Positions 1 through 10,053 are shown, counted from the first letter of the stretch. The stretch is 46,828 nt of DNA from Promethearchaeia archaeon (GCA_029856155.1 JAHQWL010000035.1:1-46828); one strand, 5' to 3'. Numbers and translations: made by a program. Notes: generated by a model from the letters alone, not told the origin.

Positions 1-1
1 A

Positions 2-1882
2 TCATATATAACATGTCGTGAATTCAAAACTGGAGTGTTTAATTTTTTTACATCCAAAAATTCTCTCGTAAAATATAATGAAGAATCTATGAATTTCTCG
101 CTCATTAAAAAGGTTAAAAATCTGATTCCTTTGAATGGATTTTTGCTGATTATTTTTATTTTTTTGATTTGTATATTAAATGTCGTAAGAGTAAGTTATT
201 TTGCAGGTACAGATCCATGGAAACATATTTTTAATAGTAAAATAATTACGGAATTGAATTTTTTACCACTTGATAATTACAAAGGCGGAATGGGTTTAAA
301 TATAATTGGAGCTATCATTACGTTTTTTTCAGGTATAAGTCATATGCTTATCCCGCGATATTTCGTATTTTACACTTTTTTCTTATCAAGTTTAATATTT
401 TATAATATCTCTATGAGGATTTTTAAAAATCAAAATTTGGCTTTATTTAGTGTTTTTATCTTAGAATTCTCGTCATTGGGATTTTCGATAATGATGATTC
501 AGTATTGGCCATCTGGTTTAACGTTAATCATGTGCTTAATAATATTTTTCCTTTTATATATAAGATTACAGAAATTAATTCAATTAAATCTTCCAGACAA
601 GAATGTAATCTTAAAAGATATTTATTTTACTTATATTCTAACTGCATTAATTTTTATAAGCGCTTTTCTTACCCATGTGATTACTGCCACAATTTTCTTA
701 TTTTCATTTATTTGGTTATACTTAATATACTTCTTAAAAGATCGTAGAAGAGGAATAGACCTCTTATTTGTTGTTGGCTTATTTGGATTTTTGTTAATCT
801 TGAATTATTTAGGCATTGGTAGAGATTATATTGGTTTATTTATTCCAATTAATCTCCCTTGGCATTTTCTTATAGCAATTGGGATAGTAGGAATCGGAGC
901 AGGGGCATTCGTTTTCTGGAAGATACAAAAATCTATTAATTTTACCAAGGGAAGATATAAATCAACAATAATGGGAAAAACAGACCCAATTTATAAGAGA
1001 ATTGAAGATAAAGTAATAATTCCGCTTATTTGTAGTATAATAATTTTACTAACAATTGTAATGCTAATAGTAAATATGATCTGGTTTAATTTTGAAATCA
1101 TAAATATTTTAAACATCTCTGAAATAATATTATTCAGTGTTTTTGCATTCTGGGGTTTAATTATATTTCAAAAAAAGCCAAAAGGTAAAGTTTTATTTAT
1201 TTGGGGTGCATTTTTTGTTATATTATTAGGAGCAGGGTTTATTCTTAACATATTTCTAATCAATATAATGGTTTGGGAAAGGATTTTATATCTTATCCCT
1301 CCTATAATTGTTGCTGGATTTATCTCATATATTTACAAGCTTATAAAGTTGAAGGCAATTCAATTTTTACGGATTAAACTGGTTATTTTACTAATTATTA
1401 CATTTTCACTATTTACAACATACATTAATGAATCGGTAAGTATTGAGATATTCAATATGAAACATAGAGAAGTAAGCACACTCCAATGGTATTCAAATAA
1501 TACTTCTAATCAAAATGTTGTACTTTCTGAGTTTGGATGGAGGTATGTCATTGATTACTATGATTATCCATTTGATGATAAAAATAAAGCTCTTCTATAT
1601 AATAGAAATATCTATATCATAGCAACTAAAGTCGACATATTTCCACCTAATAATCATATAAATGAAAGCGGGGTAAATCTTCTAAAAGAATTTAAAGAAA
1701 AATATAATTCTGATGTTTACATAATTTTTGAAAATGATTATGTAATAGATAGAGGTTTTGAATTATTTGGTCGTTTAACACCTGAGGAAACAGAAGAATA
1801 CTATAATCTCAATTATTTAAACAAAATTTGTTCATCTAAAACTGAGGATGGTATCGAAATTCCTTTATTCTGGGTTATTTAA
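2..1882 (+). CDS. Polytopic membrane protein, GT-C-fold glycosyltransferase-like (5'-truncated by the window edge)
   Basis: Frame is open from base 2, upstream of the GTG at 35. About 13 hydrophobic segments, a GTDPWKH motif in the first external loop and a soluble C-terminal domain, as in GT-C-like archaeal membrane proteins. Confidence 0.55.
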   Translation, partial: SYITCREFKTGVFNFFTSKNSLVKYNEESMNFSLIKKVKNLIPLNGFLLIIFIFLICILNVVRVSYFAGTDPWKHIFNSKIITELNFLPLDNYKGGMGLNIIGAIITFFSGISHMLIPRYFVFYTFFLSSLIFYNISMRIFKNQNLALFSVFILEFSSLGFSIMMIQYWPSGLTLIMCLIIFFLLYIRLQKLIQLNLPDKNVILKDIYFTYILTALIFISAFLTHVITATIFLFSFIWLYLIYFLKDRRRGIDLLFVVGLFGFLLILNYLGIGRDYIGLFIPINLPWHFLIAIGIVGIGAGAFVFWKIQKSINFTKGRYKSTIMGKTDPIYKRIEDKVIIPLICSIIILLTIVMLIVNMIWFNFEIINILNISEIILFSVFAFWGLIIFQKKPKGKVLFIWGAFFVILLGAGFILNIFLINIMVWERILYLIPPIIVAGFISYIYKLIKLKAIQFLRIKLVILLIITFSLFTTYINESVSIEIFNMKHREVSTLQWYSNNTSNQNVVLSEFGWRYVIDYYDYPFDDKNKALLYNRNIYIIATKVDIFPPNNHINESGVNLLKEFKEKYNSDVYIIFENDYVIDRGFELFGRLTPEETEEYYNLNYLNKICSSKTEDGIEIPLFWVI

Positions 1883-2672
1883 AAATTTCATAGTCGCCTG
1901 GAAATTTAACTTCTTGCTTTTCATTTAAAAGCTTATATTTATCTCCTTCAATTTTTACTAGTTGAGGGAGTTTTCCTATCTGACCAACTTTGTTTTCTCT
2001 AGATATAAATGCACCTGTGAGACCATCAATGTCGTCTACAGAATCTAATCCCATTTTTATAGATTTCTCAATATCTCTTCCTTTGACTAAATTACATATT
2101 TTTGTTGCAGCTGCGTCCGCTAAAGCTGCATTTTTTGCAAAGATTGTAACCGCATCAGCTTGTCCTAAGCTAATTGCATGACCCACTGTTGCTGAACTTG
2201 TTCCAATACCTAGAGGACAATCGTGTTCTTTTATTAAAAAGCCTAAATTAAGATTCAATTCATTTTCTCCTGCATATAATGCGATAGTTATAGGCTCTTT
2301 GGAATCCAAAGCAATTTCTCCTCCATTTTCAACTAAAGCAATTTTAGGAGGTGTAAAATCAGATTCTTTATTATAAACCCCAGTTTTCATTGTTTCAAGC
2401 ATTAAGTCTGCCAGCGCTCCAGCTACTGCAGCCATAGGCCCTACATCACATATCTCTGCCACTTCAGCCATTGTTTTAATAATTTTGAAATTTGTATCTA
2501 CCTTAACTGGAGTAAAAGAATTTAGAAACTGTCTATCTTTTTGAACATATTTCTCTAAATTCTTTCGGTGGAAATAGAAACTCTTTTTCGCATGTATAAT
2601 AGCATTCTTTAATTCAGAGATAATTGTAATATCAGATTCTTTTTCCAAAAAACGTGTTTTGTAAGTTTTCAA
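1875..2672 (-). CDS. UPF0280 family protein (ApbE superfamily)
   Basis: Motifs VGPMAAVAGA, VENGGEIA, GIGTSSATVGHAISLGQADAVT, ALADAAAT. Confidence 0.9.
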   Translation of the reverse strand: MKTYKTRFLEKESDITIISELKNAIIHAKKSFYFHRKNLEKYVQKDRQFLNSFTPVKVDTNFKIIKTMAEVAEICDVGPMAAVAGALADLMLETMKTGVYNKESDFTPPKIALVENGGEIALDSKEPITIALYAGENELNLNLGFLIKEHDCPLGIGTSSATVGHAISLGQADAVTIFAKNAALADAAATKICNLVKGRDIEKSIKMGLDSVDDIDGLTGAFISRENKVGQIGKLPQLVKIEGDKYKLLNEKQEVKFPGDYEIFK

Positions 2673-2785
2673 ATCAAATTAAAGGGCAAAATTGTTACAA
2701 TTTTAGTAATATAAAGTGTCTAATAACTAAACAAATATAAATAAATAGCTTTTCATTATTTATGTAAAAACATTATCCCTTAATT

Positions 2786-3277
2786 ATGAGTAAAGTTAAA
2801 TACGAGGAAATAATCTCCCAATTAAAGTCTGACTTGAATGCTGAATGTGCTATAGCAAATAAGTATGGCATTATATTGGGATCTTTAATTAAGGAATTTG
2901 CAAAAGGAAAAGTTATTCCACATGGGATATTATCCTTGATTTCCAATTCTAAAGAAATCGCGAATGCATTAAATTTAAAAAAGATAAATTCTTTCGCGAT
3001 AGAATCAGAAAAATATAATTATTTGTTTACATTTAGCGAAGAATTAATACTTATATCAAAATTAAACTTAGATGTAAATTTAGCAAAGTTTATGCCTAGT
3101 ATTAGTGTCTTTTTAAAGAAGTTAAGTGTAAGCTTAACAGAAGAAGAAGTAAAGAATTTTTCTGTTTTTGATTTTTCAAAAGAAATCTCAAAAATTGAAG
3201 AAACTCTAGAAAGTGAAAAAATTAGGAAAGACAAATATTCAATTATAAAAGATTTAGTAAAGCACATTTCAAGTTAA
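2786..3277 (+). CDS. Roadblock/LC7-like domain protein with C-terminal extension
   Basis: Helix, then CAIANKYGIILGS beta-hairpin, helix and three strands, ending in a VNLAKF helix. Lies directly upstream of a small GTPase gene. Confidence 0.6.
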   Translation: MSKVKYEEIISQLKSDLNAECAIANKYGIILGSLIKEFAKGKVIPHGILSLISNSKEIANALNLKKINSFAIESEKYNYLFTFSEELILISKLNLDVNLAKFMPSISVFLKKLSVSLTEEEVKNFSVFDFSKEISKIEETLESEKIRKDKYSIIKDLVKHISS

Positions 3278-3306
3278 ATTGTAATAAGTATAATTTTATA
3301 CATTAT

Positions 3307-3311
3307 GGTGA
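3307..3311 (+). promoter_or_regulatory. Shine-Dalgarno GGTGA for the longin-Arf gene
   Basis: Archaeal SD consensus 6 nt before the in-frame ATT at 3318. Confidence 0.55.
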
Positions 3312-3317
3312 ACGATT

Positions 3318-5243
3318 ATTTTAAGACAAGTATTTGTATATAGAAGCAATGAACTTTTATATTATAGACATTTTGGGAAAGCCCTAAAACAAGAGGTATT
3401 AAATCTTTTAGTTGAAGATATCATTAATGAGGCTTTGATTAGATCTGAATCTAAGATTGATTATCACGATTATTATAAATTTAGAGTATCTTACATCACG
3501 GATAAAGAGACGAATCTTATTTTTTTATTTGTGACAAGTTTAACTGATAAATTTGAGGATATAAAGAAAGAATTGGAAAAATGTAAAACTGAATTCTTAA
3601 GTCTATTTGAAGACATACTACAGCATCATTTTGATGCAAAAACATTTGAAGTATTTGATCCTACCATAGACTCGATCCATAGGAATTTACGACCTAAAAT
3701 TTCTCTAATTGGTTTTTCTGGAGTAGGAAAAACAACTATCACGAAATTAATCAAAGCCGATGAAATTCCCATGCAACATATACCAACAATTACGGGAGAT
3801 ATTGCTACTATAAAAATTGGAAAACTACACTTTCATCTATGGGATTTTGCTGGACAAGAGCAATTTAGTTATTTATGGAACAATTTTATCAAGGGAAGTG
3901 ATGCAGTTCTTTTAATTACCGACTCTTCATTAGAAAACATTGAAAAGAGCAAATATTTCTTAGAATTAATAAAAGAACAAGCACCTAACGCCCAATCTGC
4001 AGTAATATGTAATAAACAAGACTTAAAAGACGCTTTGAATGCTGTACAAATTGAAAAAATTCTTGGATTAAAAGCATACTCAATGATAGCATTAGAACCT
4101 AAAAATCGAGATAAAATGATTCAGATAATTGCTGATATTTTAGAAATGAGTGCAGAAGTTTCACCTCTCTTGAAGCCACTGCTTGAGAGAGATAAACTAA
4201 CTGAAGAAGCAGTAAAAGCCCTTAAAGAAGCTGATTTTAATAAAGCAGCATTTTTATTTGACAAAATTAGTGATTTATGTATAGAATTAGGAGATGATTC
4301 GTTAGGTAGAGAATTCTTTGATAAATCACAAAAAATTAAAGATATGTTAAATAAAGTGGGAGCCCCACAACCCACACCAGCAACACCTATAGAACCTGTA
4401 GAACAAGAAGCTCCAGTAATTGACATGAGACCTAGGGAATTAGAAAAATCTGTTTCTCCTCCAACTCCAGCAATATCAGAGCCCCCATTGCCTCCAAAAT
4501 TACCTCCCAAAGTCCAGCCATTAAGGACTCCTCAAAAATTATCAACTGAACAAAAGTCAATAGAACAACCTAAACCTAAAAAACCTTCAGAAATTGGAAC
4601 CACATATGGAAAAGAAAAATTAACTGACGTAAGTATTCAAAAGGTTAAAGAAATTGAAGCCCCAATAGAACCCGAAAAAAAAGAAGAGAAAATTGGTTTA
4701 ACACTAAATCCAGAAGATTTTATGGTGAAAACTAGACCCAAATCAGTAAGTTTTGTCCCAAAAGATGCCAAAGATAAATTGAAAATGTCACCCGGTAGTC
4801 TCATAAAAAGTATGGATGAACCAAAAGCACCGGTACCAGTATCGCCGTTAAAATTAATGGAGAAAAAGGCAAATATAAGTTCTCCTCCGCCTAAAACTCC
4901 TCCAACTCCAAAAACTACACTCGAACCCAAGGTAGTAATAACTCCTCCAACACCAAAGACTCCACTCGAACCCAAAATAGTAAAAACACATCCAATGTCT
5001 AGCCAAGTTGAACAAAAATCTACGGGTTTAGATATAAACCAGATAGATAATTTGAAAAAATCGTTATTAGAATTGAAGATTAAGAAAGCAGATATTTCTA
5101 AGATGTTATTAGATCTTGATATGAAGGAGCTCACTGGAGAAATCACATCAGAAGAACTTCAAGAAAAGAAAGAGAAAGTAGATGTATTAATGAACAAAAT
5201 TGATGAACAAATCCAAGAATTACAAAATCTTTTAAATGATTAG
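3318..5243 (+). CDS. Longin-Arf-like small GTPase fusion with helical bundle, Pro-rich linker and C-terminal helical hairpin (probable ATT start; ORF track starts at 3435)
   Basis: G1 GFSGVGKTT, G2 IPT, G3 WDFAGQ, Arf-type 'LWNNF', G4 NKQD. The frame is open back to 3312 and adds LRQVFVYRSNELLYYRHFGK, which resembles the first beta-hairpin of a longin domain. Confidence 0.8.
   Translation: MLRQVFVYRSNELLYYRHFGKALKQEVLNLLVEDIINEALIRSESKIDYHDYYKFRVSYITDKETNLIFLFVTSLTDKFEDIKKELEKCKTEFLSLFEDILQHHFDAKTFEVFDPTIDSIHRNLRPKISLIGFSGVGKTTITKLIKADEIPMQHIPTITGDIATIKIGKLHFHLWDFAGQEQFSYLWNNFIKGSDAVLLITDSSLENIEKSKYFLELIKEQAPNAQSAVICNKQDLKDALNAVQIEKILGLKAYSMIALEPKNRDKMIQIIADILEMSAEVSPLLKPLLERDKLTEEAVKALKEADFNKAAFLFDKISDLCIELGDDSLGREFFDKSQKIKDMLNKVGAPQPTPATPIEPVEQEAPVIDMRPRELEKSVSPPTPAISEPPLPPKLPPKVQPLRTPQKLSTEQKSIEQPKPKKPSEIGTTYGKEKLTDVSIQKVKEIEAPIEPEKKEEKIGLTLNPEDFMVKTRPKSVSFVPKDAKDKLKMSPGSLIKSMDEPKAPVPVSPLKLMEKKANISSPPPKTPPTPKTTLEPKVVITPPTPKTPLEPKIVKTHPMSSQVEQKSTGLDINQIDNLKKSLLELKIKKADISKMLLDLDMKELTGEITSEELQEKKEKVDVLMNKIDEQIQELQNLLND
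4896..4985 (+). repeat. Two-copy 45-nt in-frame tandem repeat (TPPTPKTxLEPKxVx)
   Basis: actcctccaactccaaaaactacactcgaacccaag... at 4896 and actcctccaacaccaaagactccactcgaacccaaa... at 4941. Confidence 0.9.
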
Positions 5244-5287
5244 GCTCAATAGAAATTAAATTATTTTTGTACTTAGAGCCTATTAAA

Positions 5288-6751
5288 ATGAAAAAGAGAG
5301 ATATTCTATCTTTATCACTATTCCTAAGTCTGATATTAATTATAATAATGGATAGTTATTTGGTTTTACCAAATCAAGTTTTAATTGCTGCAGATTTGGG
5401 TATTTATTTTGATACAATCGGATTAATTATTGGAACTTACATTATTGTTAATGGGCTTTCTATTATTTATTTTGGGTATCTGACAGATAAGATTGAGAGA
5501 AAGAAATTATTATTGTTTGCTGGTGTTTTATGGTCTTTTACTGCGATTATGCATATATTTATATCTAATATAATGCATTTATACATAACTAGAATCATGG
5601 CAGCAATAGCTTCAGGGGTAACAGGGCCATTAGCTATTTCTTATTTAACAGATCTTGTATCTTCTGATTCACGATCAAAATTATTTGCAGGTTGGACATT
5701 AATAACAACCTTAGGAAGTCTTTTCGCAGGTGTCATTGCCTTAATGTTTAATCAAATCCCTTATGATAGAATTGATATTGAATCAGAAAGTATTAGAGAA
5801 AACATTGACTTTATTACTACAAATTACTCAAATTTATTAAATACATGGCGTTTTCCCTTTCTAATTTTAGGTTTTATCTGTTTGATCTTTACCATCTTAA
5901 ATATCTTCTTTACACAAGAACCAAAAAGAGCAGCAAAGGACAAGCTTTTAGAGGATATTTTAAGTAATGAAACACTACAATATTCCTATCGTATAAGATT
6001 TTCAGATTTAAAATCTATTTTCAAAAGAAAATCAAATATTTTCTTGACAATAAATCTGTTTGACGTAGTAGTTTCAGGATTATTAATCGCATACATATTT
6101 CCTTATTTTGAATTAGAGATGGGGATATCTTTTAGTGATCCTTTAGGTTTAGCAGCAGTAGTTGTTTTGATTATTATAATTGGCCCTTTAGGTTTAATAA
6201 TTGGTCAATTTGGCTTAGCACATTGGGGTGATAAAAAAGTTCAAAATGGTGATTTATCTGGACGGGTAAAAGTGGCCACAATTTGTGGAATTCTTAATAT
6301 CCCCTTCATTTTAATAGGATTTATAATGACCCCTAATGTATCAAACCAAACTTTCTTTTTAAGTAATATATCTGTAAATTTGATTGGATTTTGGTTGCTA
6401 TGGATTATCTTTGGGTTCTTTATTGGGATAGGCCTTGGATTTTCATTAGGGATTGCTCCAAATTGGTTCTCTTCTCTTATCGATGGAAACTTACCAGAAC
6501 ATAGAGGTACAATGGTTGCAATGGGATTATTTATAGATACTTTTGGTCGTGCTTTAGGAGTAATTTTGGGAGGATTTGTTGTGAATTTAACAGATAGCTT
6601 TTCATTAACTATCATTTGGTCCACTTTAATATTTGGAATAATATCAACCTGTTTCTGGATTCCATTATTTTATACGAGCAAAAAGGATTACGAAGATATA
6701 AATGAAATAATGAGAGAAAGAACGGAGAAATTGAAAGCACTACAAGATTAA
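5288..6751 (+). CDS. MFS transporter (spinster-like)
   Basis: Motif A GYLTDKIERKK, about 12 TM segments, WRFPF, 'LPEHRGT'. ATG at 5288 preferred over TTG at 5267. Confidence 0.85.
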   Translation: MKKRDILSLSLFLSLILIIIMDSYLVLPNQVLIAADLGIYFDTIGLIIGTYIIVNGLSIIYFGYLTDKIERKKLLLFAGVLWSFTAIMHIFISNIMHLYITRIMAAIASGVTGPLAISYLTDLVSSDSRSKLFAGWTLITTLGSLFAGVIALMFNQIPYDRIDIESESIRENIDFITTNYSNLLNTWRFPFLILGFICLIFTILNIFFTQEPKRAAKDKLLEDILSNETLQYSYRIRFSDLKSIFKRKSNIFLTINLFDVVVSGLLIAYIFPYFELEMGISFSDPLGLAAVVVLIIIIGPLGLIIGQFGLAHWGDKKVQNGDLSGRVKVATICGILNIPFILIGFIMTPNVSNQTFFLSNISVNLIGFWLLWIIFGFFIGIGLGFSLGIAPNWFSSLIDGNLPEHRGTMVAMGLFIDTFGRALGVILGGFVVNLTDSFSLTIIWSTLIFGIISTCFWIPLFYTSKKDYEDINEIMRERTEKLKALQD

Positions 6752-7620
6752 ATAAATTTCTTTAAATAACTATCGGGAACATTTGCTTCTCCCATCATAA
6801 TCTTTTTTTTACCACCATGATAATCTGAACCTCCTGATTTAATAAGATTAAAATCATTCGCAATTTTTCGAAAGTAATCAGGAAAGTAATTCTGAGCCCA
6901 GTCTGCTTTATCAGTTTCATAATAAGGTCTATTTTTCGCATACGTGTATTCCACTTCAATGCCTTCTATCCCTGCTTCAATGCAGAATTTTACAAATTCT
7001 TTCCAGTCTGAGATCTTATAAATACCTGGATGTGCTAAAATGGGAATTCCCCCAGCAGATTTAATTAGCTCAATAGATTCTTCAAGATTTAACTCAACTT
7101 TTCTATCAACAAATGCGGCGCCACCGATGCTTATCAGTTTGAATAATTCATTTGTAGACTTTCCTTCAACTTTTCTAGGGTTATTTTTTCTTAAAATTTC
7201 TACAATATGAGGGCGTCCAATAATCTTGCTTCCAGCAATAGCTTTTACGTCTTTAAACGAGATATCATATCCAAATTCATCTCTTAATCTTCTGCAAATT
7301 GCCTTTTTTTGCTCTAATCGTCCTTTAATCTGTTCATTAATAGAATTGATTAATTTTATAGAGCAATGATCTATATTTAACCCTATAATATGAACATCTA
7401 TTAATTCCCTTATAGGATCATGTCTAATTGAAATTTCTATACCAGGAATTACAATAATCTGCTTTTGTTCTCCATATGACAAGAATTCCTCTATTCCTCC
7501 TATTGTGTCATGGTCTGTAATAGCAATCGCCTTTAACTTAAGTTTTAGTGCGTGTTCTATTAATTGTGAAGGATTATCTAAACCATCAGACGCAGAAGAG
7601 TGTAGATGAAGATCAATCAT
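6748..7620 (-). CDS. PHP-domain metal-dependent phosphoesterase (TrpH/YciV-like)
   Basis: DLHLHSSASDG, AITDHD, GRPH, LAHP, GGSDYHG. Confidence 0.92.
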   Translation of the reverse strand: MIDLHLHSSASDGLDNPSQLIEHALKLKLKAIAITDHDTIGGIEEFLSYGEQKQIIVIPGIEISIRHDPIRELIDVHIIGLNIDHCSIKLINSINEQIKGRLEQKKAICRRLRDEFGYDISFKDVKAIAGSKIIGRPHIVEILRKNNPRKVEGKSTNELFKLISIGGAAFVDRKVELNLEESIELIKSAGGIPILAHPGIYKISDWKEFVKFCIEAGIEGIEVEYTYAKNRPYYETDKADWAQNYFPDYFRKIANDFNLIKSGGSDYHGGKKKIMMGEANVPDSYLKKFI

Positions 7621-7751
7621 TATAATTAAAAATTTAAACGCTGACTTTTTTTTTGCTTAAAGGTGCATAGATGAATAAAATTTACTAAGTAGTTATAATT
7701 AATTATTCATATTCAGAAGAACTAATACTTTATAGGAGATGTGTAAATAAA

Positions 7752-9167
7752 ATGCCAATTTTCGTTATGAAATTCGGTGGTTCTTGTCTAAATGATAAGG
7801 ATTCGTTTAATAAAATCCTGGAGATTACAAAAATTTATGAGAACGTAAAAAAAGTATATGTTGCCTCCGCTCTGAGTGGTATAACAGATTTACTTTTAAA
7901 AACTGCTAATATATTAGAAGATGATAAAGATACAGATAATAATATAGCATTAATAGAAAAAAAGCATATTGATATAATTGAACAAATATTCACTGAAGAT
8001 TCTGAGCATTATATTAAGGCAAGAGATTGGATCGATGACAAATTAAGTGAATTAGAGGATACATTTGCAGATATTAAAGAATTTGGATTAGAACCTTATT
8101 ATCAAGATTTTGTATTAAGTTTTGGAGAAATTTTATCTACATACATATTAAATCAATTTCTTCTAAGTAATGGAATTGATTCTGTATATATTCCAGCAAA
8201 TAAATTAATTATAACTAATGATGAGTTTAATAATGCCTACCCCTTGTATGATTTAACAAATTCCCGAACAAAAAGACTGTTGGTTCCATTATTAGAAAAT
8301 CCTAATAAAAATACAATAGTGTGTTTAACTGGTTTTATTGGCAGGAATAAAATAGGTTATATCACCACTTTAGGGAGAGGGGGATCTGACTATACAGCAA
8401 CTATTATAGCACGATCTCTGTATGATATCGGAAATGATAAAAATATTAAAGTCATTTTGTGGAAAGATGTTGATGGACTATTAGCGATAAATCCAAAATA
8501 TGTACCTGACTCTTCCCTAATAAAAAATTTAGATTATGATGAAGCTAAACATATTGCTAGTTTTGGAGCTAAAATCCTCCATCCCAAATGTTTGGAAGCT
8601 ATTGAAAAAGACAAAATACCTTTAGAAATAAGGAACTTTGAAAAACCTTTAGAAAAGAACTTTACACAAATTTCAGAGGTAACTGATAAAAAGCATATTA
8701 AAGGGATTTCTGCTGTTGAATTTGTTTCAATCATAACTATCATTTCTGGAAGTATGGTAGATGTACCAGGTGTTCTTGCTAAAATATTCAGAGTTATGAG
8801 TAAAAATAGAATCAGTGTTTCATTAGTAGCTCAAAGTTCCTCTGAAATAAGTACATCCTTTATTATAAATGAAGAAGACTTAGAGCGCGCAATTGCAGCT
8901 TTGAAAAGTTCAAAATTCTTTTCAGAATTTTTTAAAATTAAATGGGAACATGTTTCTGTAATTAATATTACTGGTCTTAAAATCCTTGAAACGAGGACAA
9001 AGGTAGAGATCTTCAACGCATTAGATAAAAAAGACATAAAAGTCAAAGCGATTTCTCAAAGTCATGACGAATTAAATTTATCAATAGTTATTGAGAGAAG
9101 TAAATTAGAGGAGGCAATAAAAATAATTCATGATGATCTTTACGAGGAGTTTAAAAACCCAAATTAA
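7752..9167 (+). CDS. lysC: Aspartate kinase with two ACT domains
   Basis: VMKFGGS, TTLGRGGSDYTA, WKDVDG, FGAKILHP, followed by C-terminal ACT repeats. Confidence 0.93.
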   Translation: MPIFVMKFGGSCLNDKDSFNKILEITKIYENVKKVYVASALSGITDLLLKTANILEDDKDTDNNIALIEKKHIDIIEQIFTEDSEHYIKARDWIDDKLSELEDTFADIKEFGLEPYYQDFVLSFGEILSTYILNQFLLSNGIDSVYIPANKLIITNDEFNNAYPLYDLTNSRTKRLLVPLLENPNKNTIVCLTGFIGRNKIGYITTLGRGGSDYTATIIARSLYDIGNDKNIKVILWKDVDGLLAINPKYVPDSSLIKNLDYDEAKHIASFGAKILHPKCLEAIEKDKIPLEIRNFEKPLEKNFTQISEVTDKKHIKGISAVEFVSIITIISGSMVDVPGVLAKIFRVMSKNRISVSLVAQSSSEISTSFIINEEDLERAIAALKSSKFFSEFFKIKWEHVSVINITGLKILETRTKVEIFNALDKKDIKVKAISQSHDELNLSIVIERSKLEEAIKIIHDDLYEEFKNPN

Positions 9168-9283
9168 GACCCTTCAATACATTTTTAAAAAAACTTCAAG
9201 AAAAGAACTTTTATTTTTAAGAAACAGAATTTTGAATCAAATTACTAATTTAGAAGTTAGAAAAATGAATTTATTCTTAAAGC

Positions 9284-9808
9284 TTAAGTTCTTGAGTCAA
9301 TTATTCGACGGGTTAACTCTGTAAAAGATTCGTCAACATTAATCCCAGTCTTAGCAGAAGTTTCTATATAAATACTGCCCTCATTTTCTGCGAATGAACG
9401 AGCTTCATCTCGATCAATCACTACGCCAACGTCTTCCATTAAATCTGCCTTATTCCCAATCAAAACAAATGGAATGTTCTCACCAGCGAATTGGCGAATC
9501 TCAGTAAGCCACTTCCTTGTTTCTGTGTATGTCTGCTCTCGAGTTAAGTCAAAGACTAACAATGCTCCCGCTGCCCCTTTGTAAAATGTACTACGGATAA
9601 ACTCAAATCTCTGCTGTCCTCCAATATCCCATATAGAAAGTGTTGCTATTTCACCTTGTCTGAATTCTACATCTTTAGTTAATATATCTACGCCAACAGT
9701 CAATTTATAATTTGCTTGGAACCTGTTTTTGATGAATCTCTGAACAAGACTAGTCTTTCCCACAGCAGCTGCTCCAGTTAATAATACTTTTAGTTTAAAA
9801 CTTGACAT
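9284..9808 (-). CDS. Rab-like small GTPase
   Basis: GAAAVGKTS, TVGVD, WDIGGQQRF, FYKGAAGALLVFD, GNKAD, ETSAK. Confidence 0.93.
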   Translation of the reverse strand: MSSFKLKVLLTGAAAVGKTSLVQRFIKNRFQANYKLTVGVDILTKDVEFRQGEIATLSIWDIGGQQRFEFIRSTFYKGAAGALLVFDLTREQTYTETRKWLTEIRQFAGENIPFVLIGNKADLMEDVGVVIDRDEARSFAENEGSIYIETSAKTGINVDESFTELTRRIIDSRT

Positions 9809-10053
9809 AAAGCTTCACTCACGTCGATTTTTACAATCTTTTAATTTTATTTTTTAATTGTGTATATAAATAAATATTATAAATGGTATTTAAGAATTTA
9901 TTTAATTTATTAATATGGACTAAATTAAAGATAAAATAAATTCTGAATTTAAATATTTTTACATAAAGTCAAAATGATTTATATTCATTTCTATGCTTTT
10001 TAAATCATATAAAAAGAAAAAAAATTTAATTGGATAATTCTGATGAACAATTT

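Noticed and set aside
4121-5146. Antisense ORFs of 129 and 169 aa with Gly-rich content
   Set aside because: They mirror the Pro-rich codons of the GTPase gene on the + strand and have no independent motifs.
9130-9324. 64-aa ORF bridging lysC and the Rab gene
   Set aside because: Overlaps both convergent gene ends and has no recognisable features.
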